Assembly: GCA_045653445.1 (NCBI GenBank)
Contig: JAZOLY010000005.1
Span: forward strand, 1,229-65,228
Reading direction: 5' to 3'
Length of the DNA: 64,000 nt
Origin: Acutalibacteraceae bacterium
GTDB lineage: Bacteria > Bacillota > Clostridia > Oscillospirales > Acutalibacteraceae
Position 1 is the first letter of the stretch, and the number at the start of each line of letters is the position of its first letter. The position numbers and the translations under genes are program-made. Shown piece after piece: positions 48,282 through 57,487 of this stretch. Under the pieces are notes generated by a model. The model ran no database searches. It was given only the letters and a program-made list of their open reading frames with translations, and was not told the DNA's origin.

Positions 48282-48981
48282 GGGTATAAAACCCGAAGGC
48301 ATTGAACTTTTGGCAATAAACCGATTTAATGATTCAAAATCTTTTTACGAATCAAACAAGTCTAAGATAAAAGAACTTGTCACAGACCAATTACGAGCCT
48401 TGCTTGACGATTTGTTTGAAACACTTATTGAAATAAATCCCGACTTTATTTTAAGTCCTGCAAGATGCATTTCAAGAGTGAGACGCGACACACGATTTTC
48501 TAACGATAAGACATTGTACAGAGAAAACCTTTGGATAATGTTCAGGCATCAGAAAAATCATTTGCCTACACCTATGATGTGGTTTGAGTTCTTCCCCGAC
48601 GGCTACGCATACGGTTGCGGAGTTATCTGCTCAACTCCCGCATTTATGGAGCACTGGCGCAAATCTATCAAAGCAAACCCTGCAAGGATTGAAGTGATTA
48701 CAGACGGTCTTTCATCATCAAAACTTAAATTAGATGACGAGAGATACAAACGCTCAAAAGCAGCTGCAGACGGTATTGGCGGAATTGCAGCAGAATGGTA
48801 CGACCAAAAGCATATTTTTATATCAAATTACTGCAAAAGCATCAAGCCGTTAAACCAACCTAAAAAGTTAGTAAAAGAATTAAAAGATGCTTACACCGCC
48901 GCCAAGCCATTGTACGATTATTTGCTTACTCTAACCAAGGCGTTTAACGGAGATTTGGAGGGATATGATGAAAGAGGTTGA
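48271..48981 (+). CDS. DUF2461 (TIGR02453) family protein
   Basis: Start chosen at MNFKG, overlapping the dusB stop by 11 nt. The [17 protein letters not shown] motif is typical of DUF2461. Confidence 0.75.
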   Translation: MNFKGIKPEGIELLAINRFNDSKSFYESNKSKIKELVTDQLRALLDDLFETLIEINPDFILSPARCISRVRRDTRFSNDKTLYRENLWIMFRHQKNHLPTPMMWFEFFPDGYAYGCGVICSTPAFMEHWRKSIKANPARIEVITDGLSSSKLKLDDERYKRSKAAADGIGGIAAEWYDQKHIFISNYCKSIKPLNQPKKLVKELKDAYTAAKPLYDYLLTLTKAFNGDLEGYDERG

Positions 48982-49405
48982 ACTGTTTACTGACGGTGCC
49001 TGTTCAGGCAATCCCGGTCCTGGAGGTTGGGGCGCCATTTTGCGTTATAATAGTGTAGAAAAGGAACTTTGCGGTGGTGAAGCGGACACAACCAATAACC
49101 GAATGGAACTTACCGCAGTTATCGAGGGACTTAAAGCATTAAAAGAACCCTGCATAGTTAATATCTGCACCGATTCAAAATATGTCTGTGACGGCATAAA
49201 TCTTGGTTGGGCTGAGGGATGGCGTGCTCGCGGATGGAAAAAGGCTGACAAAAAGCCTGCGTTAAACCCTGATTTATGGAGTGAATTACTTGACTTGACA
49301 AAGAAACACAAAGTTACTTTTAATTGGATTAAAGGCCATGCAGGCCATCCTGAAAACGAACGTTGCGACAAAATGGCTGTTGAACAGTACAGTCAATATA
49401 AATAA
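48965..49405 (+). CDS. rnhA: ribonuclease HI
   Basis: [27 protein letters not shown] and [11 protein letters not shown] catalytic DEDD contexts. The true start may be the second ATG at 48968. Confidence 0.93.
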   Translation: MMKEVELFTDGACSGNPGPGGWGAILRYNSVEKELCGGEADTTNNRMELTAVIEGLKALKEPCIVNICTDSKYVCDGINLGWAEGWRARGWKKADKKPALNPDLWSELLDLTKKHKVTFNWIKGHAGHPENERCDKMAVEQYSQYK

Positions 49406-49605
49406 AGCCAATTTTTACAATGTAATAAACCATATTTCCTGTTTTATTTGAAAAATATAATGTTAATTAAATCAACAAAACTAAGGAGTGTTTATTTATT
49501 TTAATTGGACAGTGCGCTAACAGTTATACCGAATTATGCCGGCTCTCTTAACTAATTTGATGAGCACGCTACAATCTATAATTATCTTAATAGTCTTTTG
49601 AGCGT

Positions 49606-50127
49606 TTGGCAATACTTGGTGTAAAAACTCAAGTTGTAGGCAGTGGTAGAGCCCGCAAGATTCCTGAAGGTGTAGCATACGACGAGCATCTTAAAAAGTT
49701 TGCAGAGGTTATGCAAAAAACCTTTATTCCTGTTTGCCAGCAGTACGGCATCACTCTTTGCATTGAAAGCCTTAATCAAAAAGAGACCAACTTCATCACC
49801 ACAGTAAAAGAGTGTGTTGAACTTGCAAAGTTTATAAACAATCCTTTTGTTGCCGCACAAATTGACACATATCATATGGGTATGGAAAACGAAACCTTTG
49901 AAAGTCTTGAAAATTACAAGGGTATTCCAAAGCACGTACATATTACTGCAACCAACAGCAGCCGAGCATATCCCTCATACAACGACGGCATTGATTGGAA
50001 GCACATTGTGGATTGCATTAAAAAGTCCGGTGATTACGATAAGCTAAGCCTTGAGGCCACTGCTAAAAACGAAGAGCCTTGGGCTGAAATTAAGGAAGCC
50101 GTTGAATTGCTTCGCGCAATAGTATAA
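49606..50127 (+). pseudogene. N-terminally truncated sugar phosphate isomerase/epimerase (TIM barrel) remnant
   Basis: The 173-aa ORF has only a TTG start, no RBS, and an in-frame TAG 15 nt upstream. It matches the C-terminal two thirds of xylose-isomerase-like TIM barrels (GSGRAR...CIESLNQKETNFI...QIDTYHM). Only about 190 non-coding nt separate it from rnhA. Confidence 0.55.
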
Positions 50128-50132
50128 AACAC

Positions 50133-50163
50133 AAAAATCCGTGTCAACTGACACGGATTTTTT
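50133..50163. terminator. bidirectional terminator
   Basis: ATCCGTGTCA / TGACACGGAT stem flanked by A5 and T6 runs. Confidence 0.85.
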
Positions 50164-51209
50164 CATTCTGTAATTATTCCCCCACCTATTACTATATCTC
50201 CGTCATAAACAACTGCCGACTGACCGGTTGTAATGGCTCTTTGAGGATTGTCAAACTCAATTACAACAGAATTGGGTGATGTGGGAATTATTGTTGCGGG
50301 TTGCTCTGTTTGACTATATCTTGTCTTTGCTGTCGCACGAATGGGAGAGGTCGGACAATCGCAAGCAATCCAGTTAAAGTTGTTTGCAACAAGGCGTGAT
50401 GAAAACAACTCATCATTACTGCAAAGTATAACCTTGTTTTTTGCCATATCTTTTTTGCAAACGTACATTGGGGCAGGCAGGGCTAATCCAAGGCCTTTTC
50501 GCTGACCTGTGGTATATTTGATAATTCCTTTATGTGTGCCCAAAACGTCACCGTTAAGATTAACAAATTCACCGTCGGGATATGTTTTTCCCGTATATCT
50601 GCAGATAAATGCAGCATAATCACCGTCAGGCACAAAGCAAATATCCTGACTATCCTTTTTGCGAGCATTAACAAGTCCGTTTTCCTCTGCAATTTGGCGA
50701 ATTTCGTCCTTACTGTAATCACCTACAGGAAACAGCAAATGGGCAAGTTGGTGTTGAGTTAACCCGTAAAGCACATATGATTGGTCTTTGGTAATGTCTG
50801 CACCTTTTTTGAGCAAATAGCGGCCCCCTACTTGCTCTATGCGGGCATAGTGACCCGTTGCAAGTTTGTCGCAACCCATTTTAATTGCTTCGTCAAGCAT
50901 TATGCCGAATTTAAGATTATTGTTACAAAAGATACACGGATTGGGAGTATCGCCTTTTTCATACGATTCAATAAAAGGGGCTATGACGTATTTTTCAAAC
51001 TGCTCGGCTAAATTCATAACCACAAAGGGAAACCCAAGGGCATCGGCAATTTTGCGAGCATCTGCTATATCCCCTGCATTAGAGTTATCGCTTTCACGAA
51101 AAAGGCTCATTGTAGCACCGATACAATCGTGACCTGCAGTTTTGCATAGGTATGCAGTCGCTCCCGAGTCAACGCCACCACTCATTGCAATCATAGTTTT
51201 AACACTCAC
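50163..51209 (-). CDS. mnmA: tRNA 2-thiouridine(34) synthase
   Basis: The PP-loop motif is AMSGGVDS. CNNNLKF and GHYARI motifs are also present. Start chosen at a GTG (51209) behind RBS AGAGGTGA. Confidence 0.92.
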   Translation of the reverse strand: MSVKTMIAMSGGVDSGATAYLCKTAGHDCIGATMSLFRESDNSNAGDIADARKIADALGFPFVVMNLAEQFEKYVIAPFIESYEKGDTPNPCIFCNNNLKFGIMLDEAIKMGCDKLATGHYARIEQVGGRYLLKKGADITKDQSYVLYGLTQHQLAHLLFPVGDYSKDEIRQIAEENGLVNARKKDSQDICFVPDGDYAAFICRYTGKTYPDGEFVNLNGDVLGTHKGIIKYTTGQRKGLGLALPAPMYVCKKDMAKNKVILCSNDELFSSRLVANNFNWIACDCPTSPIRATAKTRYSQTEQPATIIPTSPNSVVIEFDNPQRAITTGQSAVVYDGDIVIGGGIITE

Positions 51210-51321
51210 AAAATCACCTCTTTGGCTAGATTTATAAAACAAAAGGTGGAGCAGGTCAGAAACAAGACCACATCAACCACCAAAAACAATATATCACAAG
51301 TCGTATTATATTGTCAATAGA

Positions 51322-51363
51322 AAAACTAATACTCCACCAACAAAAACTAATACTCCACCAACA
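51322..51363. repeat. 21-bp direct tandem duplication
   Basis: AAAACTAATACTCCACCAACA appears twice, back to back, in the mnmA upstream intergenic region. Confidence 0.8.
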
Positions 51364-51465
51364 AGCACCATAGTTCACTTTTTACCAATTGCCGTTGATT
51401 TTTTGCATAGACGAATCAAGTTTTATCATTCACAATAGAATCAACGCCTTTAAGGAGGTTTTAGA

Positions 51466-51881
51466 ATGTACAAAGAAAACAGTGTTTTTGGCGGAACTAC
51501 CTTTTGGATGCTAAATGATAAATTAGAGGATGAAGACATAAAGCTACAAATCAAAGAAATGCACAACAAAGGCATTTATGCCTTCATTGCCCGCACGTAC
51601 ATTGGACTAAAGTCCGACTACCCGGGGGAAGAATTTATGGGCAAGTTGAAATTTCAAGCAGTTTGCGCAATCGTCTTGGCCCATATCACCGTCCACACGG
51701 TGAAATCGGCAACCTGTTTGGCGGAAGCTATGCCAATCCAAACTTTGCATGGAACGGCACAGATAAACAAATCAGCGACCCTAAATGGTATGAACACCGC
51801 GTACCTGACACTCCCCTTTGGTGCGAAAGCTATATGCAAAACAAATTTGGTGTTATCGGCGGAAGAATAATAATTGAATAA
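51466..51881 (+). pseudogene. collapsed remnant of a large glycoside-hydrolase-like gene (N-terminal ~65 aa plus an out-of-frame tail)
   Basis: The first approximately 65 aa (GGTTFWMLNDKLEDEDIKLQIKEMHNKGIYAFIARTYIGLKSDYPGEEFM) resemble the N-terminus of large GH-like proteins of the FWFWNG...EEI..QI.EM pattern. After that the reading frame degenerates. A second overlapping frame (51663-51881) carries an unrelated tail. Confidence 0.4.
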
Positions 51882-51883
51882 GC

Positions 51884-51923
51884 AAAAAGGAGCACCTACG
51901 TTATACGCGAGGTGCTCCTTTTT
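51884..51923. terminator. bidirectional terminator
   Basis: AGGAGCACCT / AGGTGCTCCT stem flanked by A and T runs. Confidence 0.8.
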
Positions 51924-51957
51924 AAAATATATATTCTTGTTTTTTACTAAGATATTT

Positions 51958-52569
51958 CTAACTGCGTAGTTTTCTGTTTTTCAATTTCACATAAATAAAA
52001 TGTATTACTAACACAAGGGCAAATCCTATCAAGGCTCCTATAAAATCAAGTAAAACGTCACCTGTTGAACTTGTTCGATTAGAAAAGCTTTGAATGTATT
52101 CATCAACAACGGCTATAAACAAAACACAAAAAAGTTCCGCACCATACAACTTTTTACAGTAGTCTTTTTCGACACGTTTTACAAACAGCATCACTGCCAT
52201 TCCCAGTGCGGCATACTCAATCAAATGTGCCGTTTTTCGAACAATCAATTCCAATTTGTCACTCTCTGCACTTGGCTCAGAGATAATAACATCAATAACA
52301 ATGTTGCTATCTTGATGGGATGCAACAATATCTTTGTTTTGCAATTTACTTAGGCAGGTTGAATGAATTTTTTCATATTCTAAATTCCACAAAGTCTCAT
52401 ACGTACTTTTCTTATATGAAAGTTGAATATGCGGACTCATACTGTTAGGAATCAGATCCCTATTGCCATACAGAAACAATTTCATTATTCCGCCTAACGA
52501 CTGTCCTTTAACCCATTTATATGGATTAGCACGAATGCTACGCTTTAATGAAAAGTGTCTGTTTAACAA
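51958..52569 (-). CDS. VanZ-like family protein with atypical, non-hydrophobic N-terminal 100 aa (possibly truncated or chimeric)
   Basis: The C-terminal half reads RKTAHLIEYAALGMAVMLF...VDEYIQSFSNRTSSTGDVLLDFIGALIGF, which matches the VanZ pattern. The expected first TM helix is missing. Confidence 0.5.
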   Translation of the reverse strand: MLNRHFSLKRSIRANPYKWVKGQSLGGIMKLFLYGNRDLIPNSMSPHIQLSYKKSTYETLWNLEYEKIHSTCLSKLQNKDIVASHQDSNIVIDVIISEPSAESDKLELIVRKTAHLIEYAALGMAVMLFVKRVEKDYCKKLYGAELFCVLFIAVVDEYIQSFSNRTSSTGDVLLDFIGALIGFALVLVIHFIYVKLKNRKLRS

Positions 52570-52958
52570 TTCATAACTTCTTTGTGTCCAAGTGCATCGG
52601 TGTAATTATCCTTGTAGGTGTCACCGCAAACTGAACAGGTGTAGGTGGTGTAACCGCCATTCACACAGTCAGGCTCAGTAACAACTGCATAGTACTTATG
52701 ACCGAGTGTCTCATCGGTTATAAGTTCTGCACCCTTGAGATGAGCGTTTGAGTAATTAAAGGTGCGTCTGGTGAATATAGCAGGCTTAACAACCTCTGCA
52801 AATGCGCCCTCAGGCAGAGCAACTGTGATCTTGTCGGTCTTTACGCCCTTAACGATGGTGTAACCGGTAACAATGCCGTCAGTTACATCAATACCATAAA
52901 AAAGCGAACGTTTTGCCATTCTTTCCAACACGTTGTTGAACATAAATAGGAGATGCAC
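52563..52958 (-). pseudogene. C-terminal fragment of a surface-protein-like gene fused behind the truncated sugar transferase
   Basis: No RBS or credible start. It contains the Cys-rich module GHKYYAVVTEPDCVNGGYTTYTCSVCGDTYKDNYTDALGH. It overlaps the 3' end of the sugar-transferase fragment in another frame. Confidence 0.4.
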
Positions 52959-53112
52959 CGGGACTGTCGATTATAACAATCAACGCAATAATTAACAAAG
53001 GAAGTGCTAAGGCAATCAAAGCGTGCAATGAAAAAACAACATCAAATCCACGCTTAAAAACTGCGTATATGGTATTAGTTTTTACATTTACAACCTGCGC
53101 GTTGTTACTCAT
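52888..53112 (-). pseudogene. truncated priming sugar transferase (undecaprenyl-phosphate hexose-1-phosphate transferase, CpsE/WbaP-like), N-terminal 70 aa only
   Basis: KRGFDVVFSLHALIALALPLLIIALIVIIDSPGASPIYVQQRVGKNGKTF matches the start of the Bac_transf domain. Similarity then stops and a stop codon follows. The catalytic region (KFRTM...) is missing. Confidence 0.65.
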
Positions 53113-53149
53113 AATGCCTTAACACCCCTTTCAATTAAATTATTTATGA

Positions 53150-54139
53150 TTACTTTTCTTTATAAAAAAGATCAACAACTAAACTTTCAACTGAATTCGG
53201 ATTGGGATAAAATTCAATGAATTTTTCACCCATTTTAGATTCACCGTCAATATTTTTTATACCTTTAAACTCGTAAGAATCAAATTTTTCTGCAAGTTCT
53301 TGCAATCGGGTAACCGAACGGTCGGATTCAATATAGTCAGCAAGCTTTAACGACATATCTACGATAAAATCATCATCTTTTTCGATACAATCGTGCAACT
53401 TTTTATAAAGTGCATTTATATACTGTTGCTGACGTTTCATTCGGGTACTGTTAGTATTATCGTCAAGTCCGTATCTTGTACGCACGTAATGAAGAGCCTG
53501 CTCACCCATAAGTGTAACAGTTTCGCCTTTGACCAACGTATCGTCTATACCTGTAAAGTCCTCAAGAACTTCAACCTGCACACCGCCAACCATATCGTTA
53601 ACGATAGTAACAGAATCAAGAGACAGCGAAATGTAATGATTTACCTTTACACCAAGTAATAAATCAGATACAGCCTCAGCGGTATTACGACAACTTACAC
53701 CCTTACCGTTTCCGTAAGTATGGGCTAAAGCAATTTGCTTTTGAACAGTATCAATCTTATCTCCTGCGACACCTAAAACATTAACATTAGCCATTGTATC
53801 GCGGTTTATGTGGATTGCCGACAATTCCTTTTTAGAGTTATCAAAGACAAACAGCATTAAAAAGTCAGCCAGTTTATCGTTGTTGTACGAATCGCCTTTA
53901 GATTGACCTTCCGCCTTATCAAGCCCCAAAACCAAAAATGTTTCGACGTTTTTATTAGGAAGATACTCTTTTCCGTCATAAAATAGGGTTTCATCGCTAA
54001 CGTCATATGCAGGCTTTCTGCTTCGTTGTTCATCCCAAATTTGCAAAAGGCATAAACTTCCAGCCACGAGAAAAACAACTAAAAGCGCAATAATCCCATA
54101 TTTAAAAATATTGTGTTTACCTTTTTGTGCCTTTCTCAT
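53150..54139 (-). CDS. LytR-CpsA-Psr (LCP) family protein
   Basis: N-terminal TM helix and the LCP core FLVLGLDKAEG...DFLMLFVFDN...AIHINRDT. Confidence 0.88.
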   Translation of the reverse strand: MRKAQKGKHNIFKYGIIALLVVFLVAGSLCLLQIWDEQRSRKPAYDVSDETLFYDGKEYLPNKNVETFLVLGLDKAEGQSKGDSYNNDKLADFLMLFVFDNSKKELSAIHINRDTMANVNVLGVAGDKIDTVQKQIALAHTYGNGKGVSCRNTAEAVSDLLLGVKVNHYISLSLDSVTIVNDMVGGVQVEVLEDFTGIDDTLVKGETVTLMGEQALHYVRTRYGLDDNTNSTRMKRQQQYINALYKKLHDCIEKDDDFIVDMSLKLADYIESDRSVTRLQELAEKFDSYEFKGIKNIDGESKMGEKFIEFYPNPNSVESLVVDLFYKEK

Positions 54140-54164
54140 AAAAATCTATCTCTTTTCGTAAAAA

Positions 54165-54815
54165 TTAAGCCTTAACTTTTCTTGAAAGATATACAAAAGC
54201 TGCACCTGACATTGCCATAATTACCAAGCAAACGGTAACAACGCCACTGTCAGAAGTTTCGGGAGAAGATGTGGTACCCTTTGAATTAACTACGATAGCA
54301 TAAGGAACCATACCCTTTTCGGTAAATACAAGGTGTGTGCCGTTGTTAGTAACCTTAGTGTCTTCAACTACAACCCACTTGCCATCAATGAAGCAAAGCA
54401 AAGCAACAAAATTCTTAAGTGTATCAGCGCCAAGAGTGATATCAAAATTACCGTGGTCGCAGTGACCGGGGTGATCAGTAACGCTAAGATTAAAAATGTC
54501 GCTTACTGCAAGGTTAGAGGGATCGGTAGTCATCTTAGAAAGCTCACTGTTAAGCTTGGTAAGGTCTGTTGTGCCTTGAATCGTTGCTGTTGCCTGTTCA
54601 AGAATAGTGCGGGCTGCGTCATCCAATGTAGTTCTGTTAGCGTAAGAAGTTACAATAACAGTACAATTGCAATTAGCGTTGCTGTTTTCAGACTCGACTA
54701 CAGTGGGAGCCTGATTAGCAGATGGGCTGGAGACAAAAGCACCTGCAGCAAATGCGGTAACACTCATACACATTACCAACACGAGAGACATAACAATTGA
54801 AAATACCTTTTTCAT
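54165..54815 (-). CDS. secreted hypothetical protein with C-terminal sorting-signal-like anchor
   Basis: Signal peptide ending TAFA-AG. The C-terminus is SPETSD, then a hydrophobic helix, then an SRKVKA basic tail. Confidence 0.6.
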   Translation of the reverse strand: MKKVFSIVMSLVLVMCMSVTAFAAGAFVSSPSANQAPTVVESENSNANCNCTVIVTSYANRTTLDDAARTILEQATATIQGTTDLTKLNSELSKMTTDPSNLAVSDIFNLSVTDHPGHCDHGNFDITLGADTLKNFVALLCFIDGKWVVVEDTKVTNNGTHLVFTEKGMVPYAIVVNSKGTTSSPETSDSGVVTVCLVIMAMSGAAFVYLSRKVKA

Positions 54816-54847
54816 TCTAAATTCATCCTTTCATGAATTAAAGTTAT

Positions 54848-55537
54848 TTATTTGTCGAGTTGGGCATAACCAAACTCGTTCATTTGACTAACAAAATCAG
54901 CGCCAAGTTTTTTTGCAATATAATCAGCAGCGCTTTTAATTTTAGGCGGCCTTGAGGTCATATTATGGCAATCAGAACCAACAAAATGAATCATACCGTC
55001 AGCTAATTGTTTAATAGCCTTTCGCTTGGAAAGACCTAAAAGATAGCTTGCGTTTACCTGCATTAAAATGCCTTCATCAAGTAGTCTGTACCAAATTTCT
55101 TTGCTTTGCAGCGGCATATATCTTTCAATATGCGCCAGCATCACGTTAATCTTTTTTGAACTTGCAAGCTCTGCCAGCTCGCGAACGGTGTATTCGGTCC
55201 ATTGAGATATTGGCATTTCAAGCAAAAGCGAATTTGTTCCTTGAATCTTAAGTTTCTCCAATCCCTCCAACCTGCTGATTCCGGGGTAATACTTCACCTC
55301 AGCACCAAGCAGTATCTTCGGAAGTCCGCTTGAATACTGCTCGACCAAGCGGTCATAGGATTGCTGACGACGTTCAATAAAATTCGAAACCGATTCGTCG
55401 TTTGCGATAAAGTGAGGAGTAGCAGCAACAACATCAACGCCTTGACTGACTAGCTCCGACAAAATGGACAAACTTTCAGACACGCATTGACTTCCGTCAT
55501 CTATACCAGGAAGAAGGTGACTGTGCCAATCTATCAT
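54848..55537 (-). CDS. PHP-family protein-tyrosine phosphatase (CpsB/Wzh/YwqE type)
   Basis: MIDWHSHLLPGIDDGS, ATPH and SDCH metal-binding motifs. Confidence 0.9.
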   Translation of the reverse strand: MIDWHSHLLPGIDDGSQCVSESLSILSELVSQGVDVVAATPHFIANDESVSNFIERRQQSYDRLVEQYSSGLPKILLGAEVKYYPGISRLEGLEKLKIQGTNSLLLEMPISQWTEYTVRELAELASSKKINVMLAHIERYMPLQSKEIWYRLLDEGILMQVNASYLLGLSKRKAIKQLADGMIHFVGSDCHNMTSRPPKIKSAADYIAKKLGADFVSQMNEFGYAQLDK

Positions 55538-56313
55538 TTCTCATCCTCGCCATTATCAGATTTATAATACCTGTAGTACTTATAATATCGATATTTCTTA
55601 TACTTGCCGTAGGAACCGTTGCCCGACTTAGTTTCGTTCATTACGCAACCAAAAACGTTAACGTTTGAAAGGTTAAGTTGGCGAATGCAACGTTCAAGCT
55701 CCTTCTTCTCGGTATAATCCTCGCGAATAACAACAATCATGCCGGTAATCAAGCTTGCAATAGACAGTGCATCCGAAACAATATTAACGGGAGGCAAATC
55801 GATTACAATGTAATCAAACGCTTCCTTAAGCTCGTTTAAAACCGTTTCCATTCTGCGAGAACCAAGCAATTCGGAAGGATTGGGTGGAATTTCACCTGCA
55901 GGAAGAATAAACCAGGTTTTTAGTAAATCGGATTGAAAACCCGATATATTTGCGCCTTTTCCCATAAGTAAGTCTGTAAGACCGGGAGAGCCTGCAATTT
56001 TCATCTTTTTAGCAACCGACGGTATACGAAGGTCACCATCAATAAGCAACACCTTGCTGCCCTTTTCTGCAAGAACGTATGAAAGATTTACTGCAGTGGT
56101 GCTTTTACCTTCACCTCTCATTGAACTTGTAACGCCGATGATTGGGCATTTCTCACCCTCAGGAACGGTAAAGTCCAGATTGGTACGTAACAATTTATAT
56201 TGCTCAGTTGCAGTAAACTCAAGATTTTTGTGCAGTGTTTTTTGGTCTTCGCTAATACTGAAAGACGACTGCCTGCGTTTGCTTTTTTTATTTAACAATC
56301 CCATTTTTATCAC
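55534..56313 (-). CDS. BY-kinase catalytic subunit (CpsD/Wze/CapB type tyrosine kinase)
   Basis: Walker A GEGKSTTAVNL, Walker A' LLIDGDLR and Walker B IVIDLPP. The C-terminal tyrosine cluster is YGKYKKYRYYKYYRYY. Confidence 0.92.
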   Translation of the reverse strand: MIKMGLLNKKSKRRQSSFSISEDQKTLHKNLEFTATEQYKLLRTNLDFTVPEGEKCPIIGVTSSMRGEGKSTTAVNLSYVLAEKGSKVLLIDGDLRIPSVAKKMKIAGSPGLTDLLMGKGANISGFQSDLLKTWFILPAGEIPPNPSELLGSRRMETVLNELKEAFDYIVIDLPPVNIVSDALSIASLITGMIVVIREDYTEKKELERCIRQLNLSNVNVFGCVMNETKSGNGSYGKYKKYRYYKYYRYYKSDNGEDEK

Positions 56314-56322
56314 CGTCTTTCA

Positions 56323-57087
56323 TCAATCTTTGGTTTTTCGCTTGCTTTGATAATAATATCCATAACTACCTGAACTTGTACCTAAAAGGTTTGGAACATT
56401 TGCCAAGATAGGATAGTTATAGGTATTGAGCACGTATTCTTCATCGTGGATGGTATCATCCATAATCGCAGCAATTACAATAGCGATAATCGATATCAAT
56501 GCGCCAAGTATCAAACCAACCGCCGTATATCTGGTAACGCTTGGAGCAACCTTGTCTCCGTTTGGAATGGCGTAGTCAACAACCTCCATTGTTGCGCCTT
56601 CGATAATATCGTTGATTCTGTCAGGCAATACCTCTGCGATGCAGTTGGCTATTTTTGAGGCTTCCTTTGGATCCTCAGCCGTAACTGTAACACGCATAAT
56701 TTCTGTATCGTTAGAAGGCTCAACTTCAAGCATATCAAAAAGCTCTTTATAATCATATGAAACGTTAGCTTTATCGATAACCAAGTTGAGCGTGGTTCTG
56801 TTCATCAGTATCTCTCTGTATGTTTTAACCAAACTTTGTGCAGCGGTAATTTCAGATGAACTAATGCTAAAGCTTGTATTACCTAATGAAAAAGAACTGT
56901 TATTTACGTACAGCATAACAGAAGATGAATAAGTAGGAGCAATTAAAAACACTGCAACCGAAAAACCTATAACAGCAGCCAGAAAGCTTGATATTCCAAC
57001 AATCCAAACTCTTTGCCATAAAAATTTAAAGATGTGCAACAAATCAATCGTGTAATACTCCTTCAAATTAGTGTCTTGTTTAGCCAT
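56323..57087 (-). CDS. Wzz/CpsC-type chain-length determinant / kinase transmembrane modulator
   Basis: Two TM helices flank a periplasmic-type loop. Wzz pattern (IDLLHIFKFLWQR...). Start chosen at MAKQD behind RBS GGGGAG. Confidence 0.85.
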   Translation of the reverse strand: MAKQDTNLKEYYTIDLLHIFKFLWQRVWIVGISSFLAAVIGFSVAVFLIAPTYSSSVMLYVNNSSFSLGNTSFSISSSEITAAQSLVKTYREILMNRTTLNLVIDKANVSYDYKELFDMLEVEPSNDTEIMRVTVTAEDPKEASKIANCIAEVLPDRINDIIEGATMEVVDYAIPNGDKVAPSVTRYTAVGLILGALISIIAIVIAAIMDDTIHDEEYVLNTYNYPILANVPNLLGTSSGSYGYYYQSKRKTKD

Positions 57088-57191
57088 AAATCGAGTTCTC
57101 CCCTTCAAAATTGTATGATAAATATCAAATCACATAGTTACCCTATTTATACAAAGTAGATTATAGCACAACTCTGTAAATGTGAAGAAAT

Positions 57192-57235
57192 ATATCTTTA
57201 TTGCAGATATATTTTAATATCTTTATTACGGATAT
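57192..57235 (+). promoter_or_regulatory. two copies of an ATATC-N9-GATAT inverted repeat (putative XRE operator) in the promoter region
   Basis: ATATCTTTATTGCAGATAT (57192-57210) and ATATCTTTATTACGGATAT (57217-57235) are 25 nt apart. They sit just upstream of CATAAT and of the XRE gene RBS. Confidence 0.55.
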
Positions 57236-57261
57236 TGCATAATGTATAAGAGGTGATTGTT

Positions 57262-57477
57262 TTGCAGTTCAAAAATTTAAGAAGCATACGTGAAGATAAT
57301 GATATTAAACAGAAGGAAATCGCGGCATATTTAAACGTTTCTCAAAACACTTATTCCCAATATGAAACAGGTGTAATATCTATTACAGCCGAAGTTCTAA
57401 TAAAGCTTGCAGATTATTACAAGGTCAGTATTGACTATCTGCTTGACAGAACTAACAACAAAAAAACAAACAAGTGA
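57262..57477 (+). CDS. XRE-family HTH transcriptional regulator (~71 aa)
   Basis: LRSIREDNDIKQKEIAAYLNVSQNTYSQYETG...LIKLADYYKVSIDYLLDRT is a canonical HTH_3 pattern. TTG start behind RBS AAGAGGTGA. Confidence 0.85.
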   Translation: MQFKNLRSIREDNDIKQKEIAAYLNVSQNTYSQYETGVISITAEVLIKLADYYKVSIDYLLDRTNNKKTNK

Positions 57478-57487
57478 GGTTAAAGTT

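Noticed and set aside
51322-51363. Direct repeats as a possible mini-CRISPR array. The same question applies to the repeats at 33850-33957 and 63919-63950.
   Set aside because: The first has only two abutting copies without spacers. The other two are in-frame coding tandem repeats. No cas genes are present in the window.
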